Shown piece by piece: positions 9,294-19,279 of a stretch of 64,000 bases of DNA. The stretch comes from Candidatus Sericytochromatia bacterium (GTDB lineage Bacteria; Cyanobacteriota; Sericytochromatia; S15B-MN24; UBA4093): contig JAKFBU010000077.1 in the NCBI GenBank assembly GCA_036676985.1, positions 48,576-112,575 of the forward strand. Reading direction: 5' to 3'. The stretch's first letter is position 1. Every line of letters starts with the position of its first letter. Position numbers and translations under genes: made by a program. Under the pieces are notes generated by a model. The model ran no database searches, was not told where the DNA came from, and worked only from the letters and a program-made list of their open reading frames with translations.

Positions 9294-10583
9294 CTAGAAC
9301 CAGCTCTTGATGGCCTCGAGCGGTCCCACTAGCCAGGCCTTGTTCGCCGGCGGCTCGAACTCCGTGGGACCCTCGACCTTGCGCGCGGCTTCCCAGAGCG
9401 GTTGGAAGACCTGAGCTTCGATGGTCCGGATGGTCTTGGCGTTGAAGAAGAAGACGTTCAACTCGTGGTTCTCGAGGAGCGATCGCGTGTCCCCGTTGGT
9501 CGAGCCGATGCTCGTCCAGACGTCGTCCGCCGAGAGGTACTTGATGTGCATGAACTTCGGCCGGTAGAGGCCGACGCGGATGCCGGCCCGGGCCATGCGC
9601 TTGGCGCTCGACTGGTTCAGCAGGTGGAACGGGTCGAATGTGCTCCAGTCGGGCAGGAGCAGGCGCACGCGAACACCGCGCCGGGAGGCGGCGATGAAGG
9701 CCTGGACCAGCTCCTCGTCCCACATGTAGGGGAAGGCCACGTCCAGGCTGTGGCGGGAGTTGTGGGCCGCGAGCAGGTAGGCGGCCCGCACCTCATGGGC
9801 CTGCTCCGAGCCGGGCTCCATGAGGGCGATCTGCAGGGGCTCGTCCCCGATGGACGAGCCCGTCTGGCTCGAAGCATAGCGGTTCTGGCCCGAGGGGGGC
9901 ACGGCCTCCGCGAGATCGCCGCCCCACGCGCGCTTGAAGATCCAGGTGATGTGCCGGGCGGCTTCGCCGCGCATGTCGAGCATGAGGTCGTAGTAGTTGT
10001 AGCGGAAGGCGTCGCCGATGTTGACGCCGCCCGTGAGGGCGTGGCCCTCGTCGGACACGAGGATCTTGCGGTGGGTGATGTTGAAGCCCGTCGGGCTCCA
10101 GTAGTAGGGGTTGTGGATCTGGACGTTCACCCCGCCGCGCCGCAGGTAGTCGATGAGCTTGTAGTCCTCGCGGCCGTACTCGATCCCCAGGGAGTCGAGC
10201 CGGACGCGGACGTCCAGGCCGTCCTTGGCCCGCCGGATGAGGGCATCGGCGACCTCGCGCCCGGTCGCGTCGAAGTGGAAGATGAACATCTCCACGTACA
10301 CGCTGCGCCGGGCCTCGCGGATGAGGGCGAGCATGGCCCGGTGCGTGGCCTCGCCCCCCAGGTGGACGTCCACGTCGTTCTCCCGGGTGACGGGCAGACG
10401 GCAGCGCTCGGCGATCAGCTGGCGCAGGTCGCCCGCGGCTTGCGGGAGGTCGAGGGGCACGCGGTGGACCGGCAGACAGCCGCTCAGCATGGAGGCGAGC
10501 GCCGTGGCGATCGCCACGCCACGAGCCGCACGGCGCCACGTAGCGAGCAGTGGCAGACCAGGAGCAAGCGTCAGTTTCGGCAT
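9294..10583 (-). CDS. phospholipase D / cardiolipin synthase-like protein
   Basis: two HKD motifs (HRKILVSD, HIKYLSAD), GGVNIG, GSTNGDTRS; possible lipobox LSGC. Confidence 0.9.
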   Translation of the reverse strand: MPKLTLAPGLPLLATWRRAARGVAIATALASMLSGCLPVHRVPLDLPQAAGDLRQLIAERCRLPVTRENDVDVHLGGEATHRAMLALIREARRSVYVEMFIFHFDATGREVADALIRRAKDGLDVRVRLDSLGIEYGREDYKLIDYLRRGGVNVQIHNPYYWSPTGFNITHRKILVSDEGHALTGGVNIGDAFRYNYYDLMLDMRGEAARHITWIFKRAWGGDLAEAVPPSGQNRYASSQTGSSIGDEPLQIALMEPGSEQAHEVRAAYLLAAHNSRHSLDVAFPYMWDEELVQAFIAASRRGVRVRLLLPDWSTFDPFHLLNQSSAKRMARAGIRVGLYRPKFMHIKYLSADDVWTSIGSTNGDTRSLLENHELNVFFFNAKTIRTIEAQVFQPLWEAARKVEGPTEFEPPANKAWLVGPLEAIKSWF

Positions 10584-10933
10584 CCTACTCCTACCGGCTG
10601 TCGAACCAAAGGACGACGGCAGCGGTGCACTCCTGCTCGGGAACCCAATGGTGGAGCCCGACTCAGCGTTATGATGTTTCGCTGATTAAGCGTTGATAGC
10701 GCGCCGCTGCTTATTGCCACCATAACAGCTAGCGATGACGCGGGCTTTAGGTCGAAATGAACAGAGCTTCTCGTGCGCTTGATCCTTGGCGAACGAGTAC
10801 CTTGCAAGGCCTTTCAAACTCCCCTTCTTTCAAGGCGAAAACCTCACCTCGCGAGCCGCTGGGCCTTGTGAGATCGCCGGAAGGTCGGCATCATGGAGGT
10901 CTGAGCTCTCGGCTGCTTCTTGGGAGCATCCCC

Positions 10934-12196
10934 ATGTCCAAATCCCTTTCCACCCTCGCGGTGCCCACGATCGACGCGGAGCGTCTCGTCGAGCGCTTCT
11001 TGCGCTACGTGGCCATCGACACCCGGGCCCTTCCCGATGCCGACACCTACCCCAGCAACCCCAACGAGCGGGTGCTCGGGCAACTGCTGGTCGAGGAGCT
11101 GCGGGCGCTCGGGCTCGCCGACGCCACGCTCGACGAGCACGGCTACGTGATGGCCACCCTGAAGGGCAATCGGCCGGCGCCGGCCATCGGCTTCATCGCC
11201 CACCTCGACACGGCGGCCGAGACGCCCGGCGCGAACGTCATGCCCATCATCCGGCGCAACTACCAGGGCGAGACCCTGACCTTCCCCGGCAACCCGGACC
11301 TCGTGCTGTCGGTCGAGACGTGCCCGAGCCTGGCCACGGCCATCGGCGAGGACCTCATCACCACCGACGGCACGACGCTTCTGGGCGGCGACGACAAGGC
11401 GGGGATCGCGATCATCATGGCGGCCATCGAGGCCATGGTGCAGCACCCGGAGTGGCCGCACGGCGACCTGCGCATCGCCTTCACGCCGGACGAGGAGATC
11501 GGCGCGGGGACGCAGTACTTCGACATCCCGCGGTTCGGCGCCCGCTACGCCTACACCGTCGACGGCGAGGCCGCACCAGAGCTCAACGACGAGACGTTCA
11601 ACGCGGCGAGCGCCTCGCTCGCCATCACGGGCCTCAACGTCCATCCGGGCAAGGCCAAGGGGCTGATGGTCAACGCCATCCAGGTCATGGGCGACTTCCT
11701 CGCCCTGTTGCCGAGCGACCTGACGCCTCAGGCGACCGAGGGCCGGGTGGGCTTCATTCACCCGCACAACGTCCAGGGCACGGTCGATTCGGCCACCGTT
11801 GACCTGATCCTCCGGGACTTCGACCTGGAGGGGCTGCGCGCCAAGGAGCGGCTCCTCGAAGACGTCGTCGCCACCCTGCGGTACCGGTACCCCGAGGCCC
11901 AGATCGAGCTGGACATCCGCCAGTCCTACCGCAATATGCGTAGCTTCCTGGATGCGGTGCCCCAGGTGACGGAGCTGGCCCTCGAGGCGCTCGTGGAGGC
12001 GGGACTTACCCCCAAGCGGGTGCCACTGCGGGGAGGCACGGACGGATCGGCCCTGTCGTGCCAGGGAGTGCTCACGCCCAACCTCTTCACGGGCAGCGGC
12101 AACCACCATGGGCTCAGCGAGTGGGCCTCGATCCAGCAGATGACGAAGGCCGCCGAGGTCGTGGTGCGCCTGGCCAGGCTGTGGACGGAGCTCTAA
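10934..12196 (+). CDS. pepT: peptidase T (M20B tripeptidase)
   Basis: ERFLRYVAIDT, GFIAHLDT, TTLLGGDDKAG, FTPDEEIG, HPGKAKG, RGGTDG motifs. Confidence 0.95.
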   Translation: MSKSLSTLAVPTIDAERLVERFLRYVAIDTRALPDADTYPSNPNERVLGQLLVEELRALGLADATLDEHGYVMATLKGNRPAPAIGFIAHLDTAAETPGANVMPIIRRNYQGETLTFPGNPDLVLSVETCPSLATAIGEDLITTDGTTLLGGDDKAGIAIIMAAIEAMVQHPEWPHGDLRIAFTPDEEIGAGTQYFDIPRFGARYAYTVDGEAAPELNDETFNAASASLAITGLNVHPGKAKGLMVNAIQVMGDFLALLPSDLTPQATEGRVGFIHPHNVQGTVDSATVDLILRDFDLEGLRAKERLLEDVVATLRYRYPEAQIELDIRQSYRNMRSFLDAVPQVTELALEALVEAGLTPKRVPLRGGTDGSALSCQGVLTPNLFTGSGNHHGLSEWASIQQMTKAAEVVVRLARLWTEL

Positions 12197-12270
12197 ACGT
12201 CAACTCGGGCCGTAGCCGTCAGGTCTTCGGTGCATCCTGGCCTTCGCCGGGATGAAAGGGTGATACGTAG

Positions 12271-12310
12271 ACAAAGGCCATTCCGTGATGTATCTCGGAA
12301 TGGCCTTTGT
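12271..12310. terminator. bidirectional terminator between convergent pepT and OPT genes
   Basis: ACAAAGGCCATTCCG...CGGAATGGCCTTTGT inverted repeat. Confidence 0.75.
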
Positions 12311-12326
12311 TGTTTTGTTGACCTTG

Positions 12327-14267
12327 CTACTCGAGGCCGCCGGTCACGGCCAGGATGGCGGTGATGATGCCCATGAGGCTCTCGCCCGCGATGACGCCGG
12401 AGGCCACCGGGACGATGTAGCGCTCGGCCTTGCTCGCATTGGCCTTGACGAACCACCAGGCGGCGAGCGCGCCGAGGAACATCATCAGCGAGTTGGAGAA
12501 GGGCACGACGAGCGCGATGCCCAGGCCCACGGGCGACGGCATCCAGCGGGCGACACGCGGCGCATAGAACTCGATGAGGCCCAGGAGGATGCCCACCACG
12601 CCCATGACGCCCATGGCGATCAGCGCGCTCGGCGGCAAGGCCGAGAAGCCCTGGCTCAGGAGCTTGGCCACCCCGGCGTAGACCTGTGCCGAAGGGGCGG
12701 GGAACTGCTGGGTGCCGATGGCGTCGACGTTGGGAACCAGCAGGTTGAAGACGGGCACGCAGAAGATCGCGCCCGCCATGATGCCGAGGAACTGGGCGAA
12801 GAACTGCTGGCGGGGCTTGGCGCCTAGCAAGTAGCCGCTCTTGAGGTCCGTGAGCAAGTCCGCCGAGTGCGAGGAGATTCCGGCGGTGGCACCTGCTGTC
12901 ATGAGGTTTACGGACAAGTTGCCGGGCGAGATGGCGCCGAAGATGAGCTGGGTGAGCTGGCCCATGGCCGAGATGGGCGTGATGTCGGTCTCGCCGGTCG
13001 CCCGTGCGGCGACAATGGCGAGCAGGAACGAGAGCAGGACCGAGGTGACGCCCATCCAGACCGGGATGTGGAAGTAGGCGTGCTGCAGGAAGACGCAGAT
13101 GGCGCCGAGCACGACGAAGGCGCCCAGGAACCAGGAGCCCGGGATCTCGAGCTTGGCGAGCGGATCGTCGGCCTTCTGGGCGGCCTGGGGCTTGAAGACG
13201 TCGGCCAGGCCCGAGAAGGCACGCACCAGGGTCTTCCACTGGAGGAAGAAGATCAAGAGGCCGCTCGTGAGCATGATCGACGCGCCGGGCCACATGGACC
13301 ACTTGACCAGGTTGCGGTACCCGCCCTCGGCAGGGACGATGCCCTGGGAGATGAGCCAGGGCGCGAGGAAGCAGAAGTAGGCGATCGCCCCCACCATCAT
13401 GGAGAGCGCGATCCGGATGCCCATGATGGCGCCGGCACCGAGCATCAGGAGGCTGGACTCCCCCTGGATGGTCAATGAGCTGAGCGGCGTACCCATGATC
13501 TTGCCCGGCAGATCGAGGGTCGGCGGGATGTTGAAGCCCTTCATCCAGCCCACGGTGCCGTCCCGCAGCCATGCGACCATGGCACCCAGGAGGCCCGTGA
13601 TGCCCAGTGCCTTGGCCTGGGCGATGGACTCCGCACCCGAGGCATGCATGCTCTTGAGGGTCGTGGCGGTGGCAACACCCGTCGGGAAGCGGAGCTGCTC
13701 GATGTTGATCATGTTCCGCTTCATGGGGATGGCGACGATGACGCCCAGCATGCTGAGGGAGGCCATCCAGGTCCCGAGCTGCACGGGGGAGAGCTTCTGG
13801 CCGGTGGTCATCATGAGGGCCGGGATCGAGGAGATGAGCCCGGCGGTCGCGATGTAGCCCGCGGCCGACGCCGCCGAGCCCATGGCGTTGTTCTCCAGGA
13901 CGCTGAACTCCTCGCGCATGCCTCTCAGGAAGCGCTTGGGCAGGAAGAGGTCGAAGACCTTGGCCTGCGAGACGTACTGCAGGACCTTGAAGAGCGAGAA
14001 GGCGAGGATGGTCGCCGTGATCGTGACGCCCATGCCCCAGCCGGTCTTGAGGCCGACATAGAGGTTCGAGAGCGACATGATGCCCCCGATGACCATCCCG
14101 ATGATCGCCGAGCGGACGGTGAGCTGGCGGGCGTGGTCCCCCTGGTAGACGTGGTCGTACCAGAAGCGCTCGACGGCGTCGGGGTCCTTGCTGTCCACGG
14201 GCAGCTTCTGGTTGAAGTTGAACTCGAAGTCGGTCTTCGACGTACTGGGCTCCTCGCTGATGGCCAT
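12327..14267 (-). CDS. OPT family oligopeptide transporter
   Basis: QLTVRS, NLYVGLKTGW, LENN, LRFPTGVATA, GETDITP, DLKSGYLLGA, ASGVIAGES motifs. Confidence 0.93.
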   Translation of the reverse strand: MAISEEPSTSKTDFEFNFNQKLPVDSKDPDAVERFWYDHVYQGDHARQLTVRSAIIGMVIGGIMSLSNLYVGLKTGWGMGVTITATILAFSLFKVLQYVSQAKVFDLFLPKRFLRGMREEFSVLENNAMGSAASAAGYIATAGLISSIPALMMTTGQKLSPVQLGTWMASLSMLGVIVAIPMKRNMINIEQLRFPTGVATATTLKSMHASGAESIAQAKALGITGLLGAMVAWLRDGTVGWMKGFNIPPTLDLPGKIMGTPLSSLTIQGESSLLMLGAGAIMGIRIALSMMVGAIAYFCFLAPWLISQGIVPAEGGYRNLVKWSMWPGASIMLTSGLLIFFLQWKTLVRAFSGLADVFKPQAAQKADDPLAKLEIPGSWFLGAFVVLGAICVFLQHAYFHIPVWMGVTSVLLSFLLAIVAARATGETDITPISAMGQLTQLIFGAISPGNLSVNLMTAGATAGISSHSADLLTDLKSGYLLGAKPRQQFFAQFLGIMAGAIFCVPVFNLLVPNVDAIGTQQFPAPSAQVYAGVAKLLSQGFSALPPSALIAMGVMGVVGILLGLIEFYAPRVARWMPSPVGLGIALVVPFSNSLMMFLGALAAWWFVKANASKAERYIVPVASGVIAGESLMGIITAILAVTGGLE

Positions 14268-14384
14268 GGTCTACTCCTTGCTGACGGGATGCTTGGCCCA
14301 TGGTAGCAGCCTTTCGGGCGATAAGACAGCTAGTGGCGCGCCTTTGGGCCGATGGCTCGGCTAAAAAGTTCCAACCAATACGAA

Positions 14385-14415
14385 GAGGCCGGGGAACGTC
14401 TCGTTCCCCGGCCTC
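14385..14415 (-). terminator. terminator hairpin after transketolase
   Basis: GAGGCCGGGGAACG-tct-CGTTCCCCGGCCTC. Confidence 0.7.
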
Positions 14416-14427
14416 CCGAACTGCAGC

Positions 14428-16467
14428 CTAGTGCGCGGCGAGCTGGCGCTCCGCCTGCTTCTTTGCCATCAGGCGCCGGGCCTTCTCGACGACGTGCTCG
14501 GCCGTGAGGTGCAGCTGGATCATCAGCTCCCACGGGCCGCCGGACTCGCCGAAGCGATCGTCCACGCCCACCATGTCGAAGACCAGCGGCATCTGGTAAT
14601 CCCGCTCCTCGTTGACGACCGTGGCGACGAGGCCGCCGAAGCCGCCGCGCTGGTGCTCCTCGCAGGTGAGCAGCACGCCGGTCTCCTTGGCCGCGGCCAA
14701 GATCGCCCGGCGGTCGATGGGCTTGAGCGTGTGGAAGCTCACGACGCGCGTCTCGAGGCCGAACTCCTCCTTGAGGATGTAGGCGGCGCGCATGGCCTCG
14801 GGCACCATGGGGCCGCAGGCCAAGATCGAGAGGTCCTCGTTCTCCGAGCGGTAGCTCTCGGCGAGCACCGTCTCGAAGGCGTCCACGAACTTGGCCGCCC
14901 GGCCGCGGTAGCGGATGACGTTGGCCTTGCCGAGCACCATCGGGGACTCGGCGCTGGTGACGACGGGCGTGGCCTCGCGGGCAAAGCGGATGTAGGCCGG
15001 GCCGTGCAGCCGCATGATGGCCTCGTCGCAGAGCCGCTCGGTCTCCGGGCCGTCGCAGGGCACGAAGAGGTTCATGTTGGGCAGGATGGCCATCAGGCTG
15101 ATCTCTTCGAGGGCCTGGTGCGTGGCGCCGTCGGCGCCCACCGAGATGCCGCCGTGCGCGCCCGCGATCTTCACGTTCAGGTTGTCGTAGCAGATGGTGG
15201 TGCGCAGCTGATCCCAGGGCCGACCCGAGGCGAACACGCCGTAGGTGCCGGTGACGGGGATCTTGCCCTCGAGGGCAAGGCCCGCGGCCATCTGCATCAT
15301 GTTCTGCTCGGCGATGCCCGCGTTGAACACGCGCGGCAGGCGCTCGGGATGCCCGTCCTCGAAGTCCGAGATCTTGATGGAGCCCGAGATGTCGGCATGG
15401 ATGGTGACGAGGCGCGGGTCATCGCCGTTCTTCTTGAGCGATCGCCCGAACCCGAAGCGCGTGGGCTCCATGGTCACCTGCATGTCCGCTTCCTGGTTCC
15501 ACCAGTAGTTCTTGCCGAGGCCGGGCAGCTGCTCGGCCACGCGGACGTCCTGCTTGGCCTGGTAGTCCTCGACGTGCGCGAGCAGGCGCTTGGCGGTCTC
15601 GAGGGTGAAGGCCTCCGAGCCGATGTCCCCGATGGCCTGGGCGAACTCCTCGTCGTTGCGAGGAGCCACGCCGTGCCAGGCGGCCTTGTCCTCCATGTAG
15701 GAGACGCCCTTGCCCTTGACCGTTGCGGCCAGGATGACCGTGGGCTGGCCCTTGGCGGCACGCGCCGAGGCGAAGGCTTCCAGGATCTGCCCCATGTCGT
15801 GGCCGTCGATGGCGACGACGTTCCAGCCGAAGGCGCGGTACTTGTCGGCCAGGGGCTCGACCTTCATCACGTCCTCGACCCAGCCGTCGATCTGCAGGCG
15901 GTTGACGTCGATGACGGCGCACAGGTTGTCGAGGCCGTAGTTGCCGGCCGCCATGACGGCCTCCCAGACGCTGCCTTCCTGCTGCTCGCCGTCGCCCATG
16001 AGGCAGTAGACCCGGAAGTCCTTGTTATCCAGGCGAGCCGAGAGCGCGCTGCCCACGGCGATGCCGAGCCCCTGGCCGAGCGATCCGGACGAGACCTCGA
16101 CGCCCGGCAGGTGAGGCGCGTGGGGGTGGCCCTGGAAGCGGCTGTTGATCCGGCGCAGGGTGACGACGTCCTCGTAGGGGAAGTAGCCGGCCTTGGCCAT
16201 GGCCGCGTACATGGCGGGCGCCTTGTGGCCGGCCGAGAAGATGATGCGATCGCGCCCGTCCCAGCGGGGCTCCTTCGGATCCAGGCGCGCCTCGTTCAGG
16301 TAGAGGGCGGCGGCGATGTCCAGGATCGACAGGGTGCCTCCGGGGTGCCCGGAGCGCGCCGCGTAGATGGCCGTCAGGTTGAGGGCCCGCAGCTCGCGCG
16401 CCGCCGCCTCGAGGCCCGCGACGTCGTAGCGTTGTTCGGTGCCGGTTTTCGAATCGACCAAACCCAT
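14428..16467 (-). CDS. tkt: transketolase (fusion of split-type N- and C-terminal subunits)
   Basis: SGHPGG, DRIIFSAGH, GSLGQG, GDGEQQEG TPP motif, GIAEQNM, GADGATHQ. Confidence 0.92.
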   Translation of the reverse strand: MGLVDSKTGTEQRYDVAGLEAAARELRALNLTAIYAARSGHPGGTLSILDIAAALYLNEARLDPKEPRWDGRDRIIFSAGHKAPAMYAAMAKAGYFPYEDVVTLRRINSRFQGHPHAPHLPGVEVSSGSLGQGLGIAVGSALSARLDNKDFRVYCLMGDGEQQEGSVWEAVMAAGNYGLDNLCAVIDVNRLQIDGWVEDVMKVEPLADKYRAFGWNVVAIDGHDMGQILEAFASARAAKGQPTVILAATVKGKGVSYMEDKAAWHGVAPRNDEEFAQAIGDIGSEAFTLETAKRLLAHVEDYQAKQDVRVAEQLPGLGKNYWWNQEADMQVTMEPTRFGFGRSLKKNGDDPRLVTIHADISGSIKISDFEDGHPERLPRVFNAGIAEQNMMQMAAGLALEGKIPVTGTYGVFASGRPWDQLRTTICYDNLNVKIAGAHGGISVGADGATHQALEEISLMAILPNMNLFVPCDGPETERLCDEAIMRLHGPAYIRFAREATPVVTSAESPMVLGKANVIRYRGRAAKFVDAFETVLAESYRSENEDLSILACGPMVPEAMRAAYILKEEFGLETRVVSFHTLKPIDRRAILAAAKETGVLLTCEEHQRGGFGGLVATVVNEERDYQMPLVFDMVGVDDRFGESGGPWELMIQLHLTAEHVVEKARRLMAKKQAERQLAAH

Positions 16468-16529
16468 GGTTGTCCTCTCATATCCAGATGGCGCCGAGAA
16501 GGTCTCGGCGCCCTAGTCGTCACGGGGAG

Positions 16530-17750
16530 TTAGGCTTCGAGCCACTGCTTGAGGCGGGCGAGGCCCTCGGCCATCTCCTGGATGCCGATGCCCGAGTAGG
16601 CGAGGCGCACGTACCGGCGCGTCTCACCGGCCACCTCGCGCCCGAAGTGCATGCGGGTGCACAGGGAGACGCCGGTCGCCTCCAGGATCTGGACCCGGAA
16701 GTCGTCGTAGCTCTCGATGCCCTTGAGGCGCATGGCCTCGGTCACGTCGGGGAAGAGGTAGAAGGTGGCCTCGGGCTTGAAGCAGCTCACTCCCGGCATG
16801 GTGTTGAGCATCTCGACGGCCAGGTCGCGCCGCTCCTTGAATCGCGCGATGAGCATCTGAGCACCCGTCTGATCGCCGCGCAGGGCCTCGATGGCGCCAT
16901 GCTGGATGAACTGGGTGGTGCAGGACTCCGCGTTCACGTTGAGCTTGGCGATGACGTCGATGACGTCCTTGGGACCGATGGCGGCCCCCAGGCGCCAGCC
17001 CGACATGGCGTACTTCTTGGAAAAGGTGTAAAGGATGACCGAGCGCTCGACCATGCCGGGGAACGAGACGAGCGACTCCGACTTGCCGGCGTAGCGGATG
17101 TCGAAGTAGGCCTCGTCGCAGAGCACCCAGAGGTCGTGCTTGAGGACGATCTCCGCGAGCTTCTCGAGCTCCGCGTGGGAGGACTCGGCGCCGGTGGGGT
17201 TCTGGAGGTTGTTGAACACCAGGAACCGGGTCCGCGGGGTGATGGAGGCCTCGAGCTGCTCCAGGTCGATCTCGAAGTTGCTCGCCCCCGGGCGATAGCC
17301 GTAGGGCACGGCGACGCCCCCGTGGTACTCGATCTGCGACTCGTAGATGGGGTAGCCGGGGTTGGGGTAGAGGACCTCGTCGCCGGGGTTGAGCAGGGTG
17401 GCGAAGAACTTGCCGATGACGGGCTTGCCGCCCGGCTGAACGGCGACGTTCTCGGGGCCGTAGCTCGTGCCGCGCGAGCGGTTGATGTCGTCGGCGAGCG
17501 CCTCGCGCAGGCCCATGATGCCGGCGGGCGGGCAGTAGCCGGTCTTGCCGTCCTTCATGGCCTTGAGGGTGGCCTCGATGATGTTGTGCGGGGTGGCGAT
17601 ATTCAGATCGCCGAGGTGGAAGGGATAGACGACGTTGCCCTTGGCCGCGTGGGCGGCTGCCTCGGCGGAGACGGCGAAGGCGGTCTCGGTGCCCAGTCGG
17701 CCGATACGCTCGGCGAAGGCGTGACGGACGGGAGTCTCTATGGTTGGCAT
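16530..17750 (-). CDS. class I/II PLP-dependent aminotransferase (aspartate aminotransferase-like)
   Basis: NNLQNPTG, CDEAY, FSKKYAMSGWRLG motifs. Confidence 0.92.
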   Translation of the reverse strand: MPTIETPVRHAFAERIGRLGTETAFAVSAEAAAHAAKGNVVYPFHLGDLNIATPHNIIEATLKAMKDGKTGYCPPAGIMGLREALADDINRSRGTSYGPENVAVQPGGKPVIGKFFATLLNPGDEVLYPNPGYPIYESQIEYHGGVAVPYGYRPGASNFEIDLEQLEASITPRTRFLVFNNLQNPTGAESSHAELEKLAEIVLKHDLWVLCDEAYFDIRYAGKSESLVSFPGMVERSVILYTFSKKYAMSGWRLGAAIGPKDVIDVIAKLNVNAESCTTQFIQHGAIEALRGDQTGAQMLIARFKERRDLAVEMLNTMPGVSCFKPEATFYLFPDVTEAMRLKGIESYDDFRVQILEATGVSLCTRMHFGREVAGETRRYVRLAYSGIGIQEMAEGLARLKQWLEA

Positions 17751-18088
17751 CTTTGCCCCTCTCTGGTCGAATGGCGTCTTTGCCGTTCAGATGCAGGATC
17801 GCTGCACCCTCGAGCACGCCAATGAACTAGTGCTCAAGTAACCGTTTTTCATCATAAGCAGGAGGGTTATGCCGCACCAGATCTGTCAAAACAGTGAATT
17901 AACGGGCGTAAAATGCGGTTATTGTTCGATTGGTGCCATAAGATTAGAAAAATATGCCGGGTTAGAAAGATCTAATCTTCAGGAGGCGCAGCAGGGGCCG
18001 GGACCCTTTTCCGCGGCGGACGGTTAGAATGGGGGTGATGTTCGGGAAGAATAATGATCGAGCCATGTCATTGATCGGAGGTCATACG

Positions 18089-18559
18089 ATGAAGCGACGA
18101 CTGCGGCTGCTGATGATCGTGCCGTTGCTCCTGGCCTCATGCACCACCCTCGACGGCTACCTGCCCTGGGTGAAGAAGAGCGTGAGCGGCAGCAAGTCCG
18201 TGCTGGCGGCCGTGGATGCGTCCATCACCAAGGCCGTGCCCACCGATCCCGAGTACCAGGAGGATCCCTGGTCCTTCATCCTGCTGGTCCGCAACAAAAC
18301 CCCCCAGCCGCTGACGGTCGACTACAAGATCGTGTTCTTGGACCGCAAAGGAGAGCCCTCGGATGTCCAGTACGGCACCGTGGACTTTCCGCCCGAGTGG
18401 AAGGAAATCCGGAAGGGCGTCGTGCCGTTCGCCGAGTCGAGCCAGGCCAAGGTCAGCCTATACTTGCCGGGTGAGCCGGTCGCCTCCACCCCGCCGTACG
18501 CTGCGACCTATTCGGCGACGCCGGCGCCCGTTGCGACCCAGGACCCCGGCGGGCCATAG
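18089..18559 (+). CDS. lipoprotein of unknown function
   Basis: GGAGG RBS, MKRRLRLLMIVPLLLASC lipobox. Confidence 0.7.
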   Translation: MKRRLRLLMIVPLLLASCTTLDGYLPWVKKSVSGSKSVLAAVDASITKAVPTDPEYQEDPWSFILLVRNKTPQPLTVDYKIVFLDRKGEPSDVQYGTVDFPPEWKEIRKGVVPFAESSQAKVSLYLPGEPVASTPPYAATYSATPAPVATQDPGGP

Positions 18560-18605
18560 CGCCCTGATCAGCCCCCGGTCTTCCCGATGTGCGATCAGGG
18601 GCTGA

Positions 18606-19205
18606 TCAGCGAGCGGGCTGCTTCTGGATGGGCAGGGGCCTGATTTCGTGGGCGGAGATCGCCTGGGTCTCGGCCAGGTGCTCGTTCATGAGCATGATGG
18701 AGTCCGCCAGCACCTGTTGCAGCCCGATCATCTGGTCGAGCTTCGCGAAGACCCCCCGGGCCGGAGGTCCGGACACCGCGTCGCGCCGGTGGTCCACCTC
18801 GCGCAACACGCCGAGCGTCTCCCGGCTGCGGGCCACCAGGCGCTCGTCGAGCACCTTTTGGCGCGCGGCCAGCTGATCGGAGGTCTTCTTGGCGGCGGTC
18901 TGCGCCTCCTCCAGGTCCGTGGCCATCCGGACCATGTGTTTCCGGACCACCCCCATGTCCGCGCGCAGGACCTTCATCTCGCGCTCCATCGATAGAATCG
19001 AGTGGCGCATGGCCTTCAGGTCCTGCAGCAGCGGCGTCGCATGGCGCTCAATCCCCGCATCGGCCTTGGCGGCCGCTTGGAGGGCGTAGAAGCCTGCAAA
19101 GGCCAACCCGCCAACCAGGAGCAGGAGCAGGAGCGCAATGGCGCTCAGCAATCGGACGATCGCCGTCTGGGGGTCTGGCGTCATGCATGGGTCCTCCGAT
19201 GCCAT
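18606..19205 (-). CDS. membrane-anchored coiled-coil hypothetical protein
   Basis: N-terminal TM helix followed by heptad-rich helical region. Confidence 0.65.
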   Translation of the reverse strand: MASEDPCMTPDPQTAIVRLLSAIALLLLLLVGGLAFAGFYALQAAAKADAGIERHATPLLQDLKAMRHSILSMEREMKVLRADMGVVRKHMVRMATDLEEAQTAAKKTSDQLAARQKVLDERLVARSRETLGVLREVDHRRDAVSGPPARGVFAKLDQMIGLQQVLADSIMLMNEHLAETQAISAHEIRPLPIQKQPAR

Positions 19206-19279
19206 GGTAACGCCAACACGTCTGCCTGCTTAGCCAGGCGCTACGAGCTTTGCCGTGCAAGGCGCACAAGCCGCGTGGC

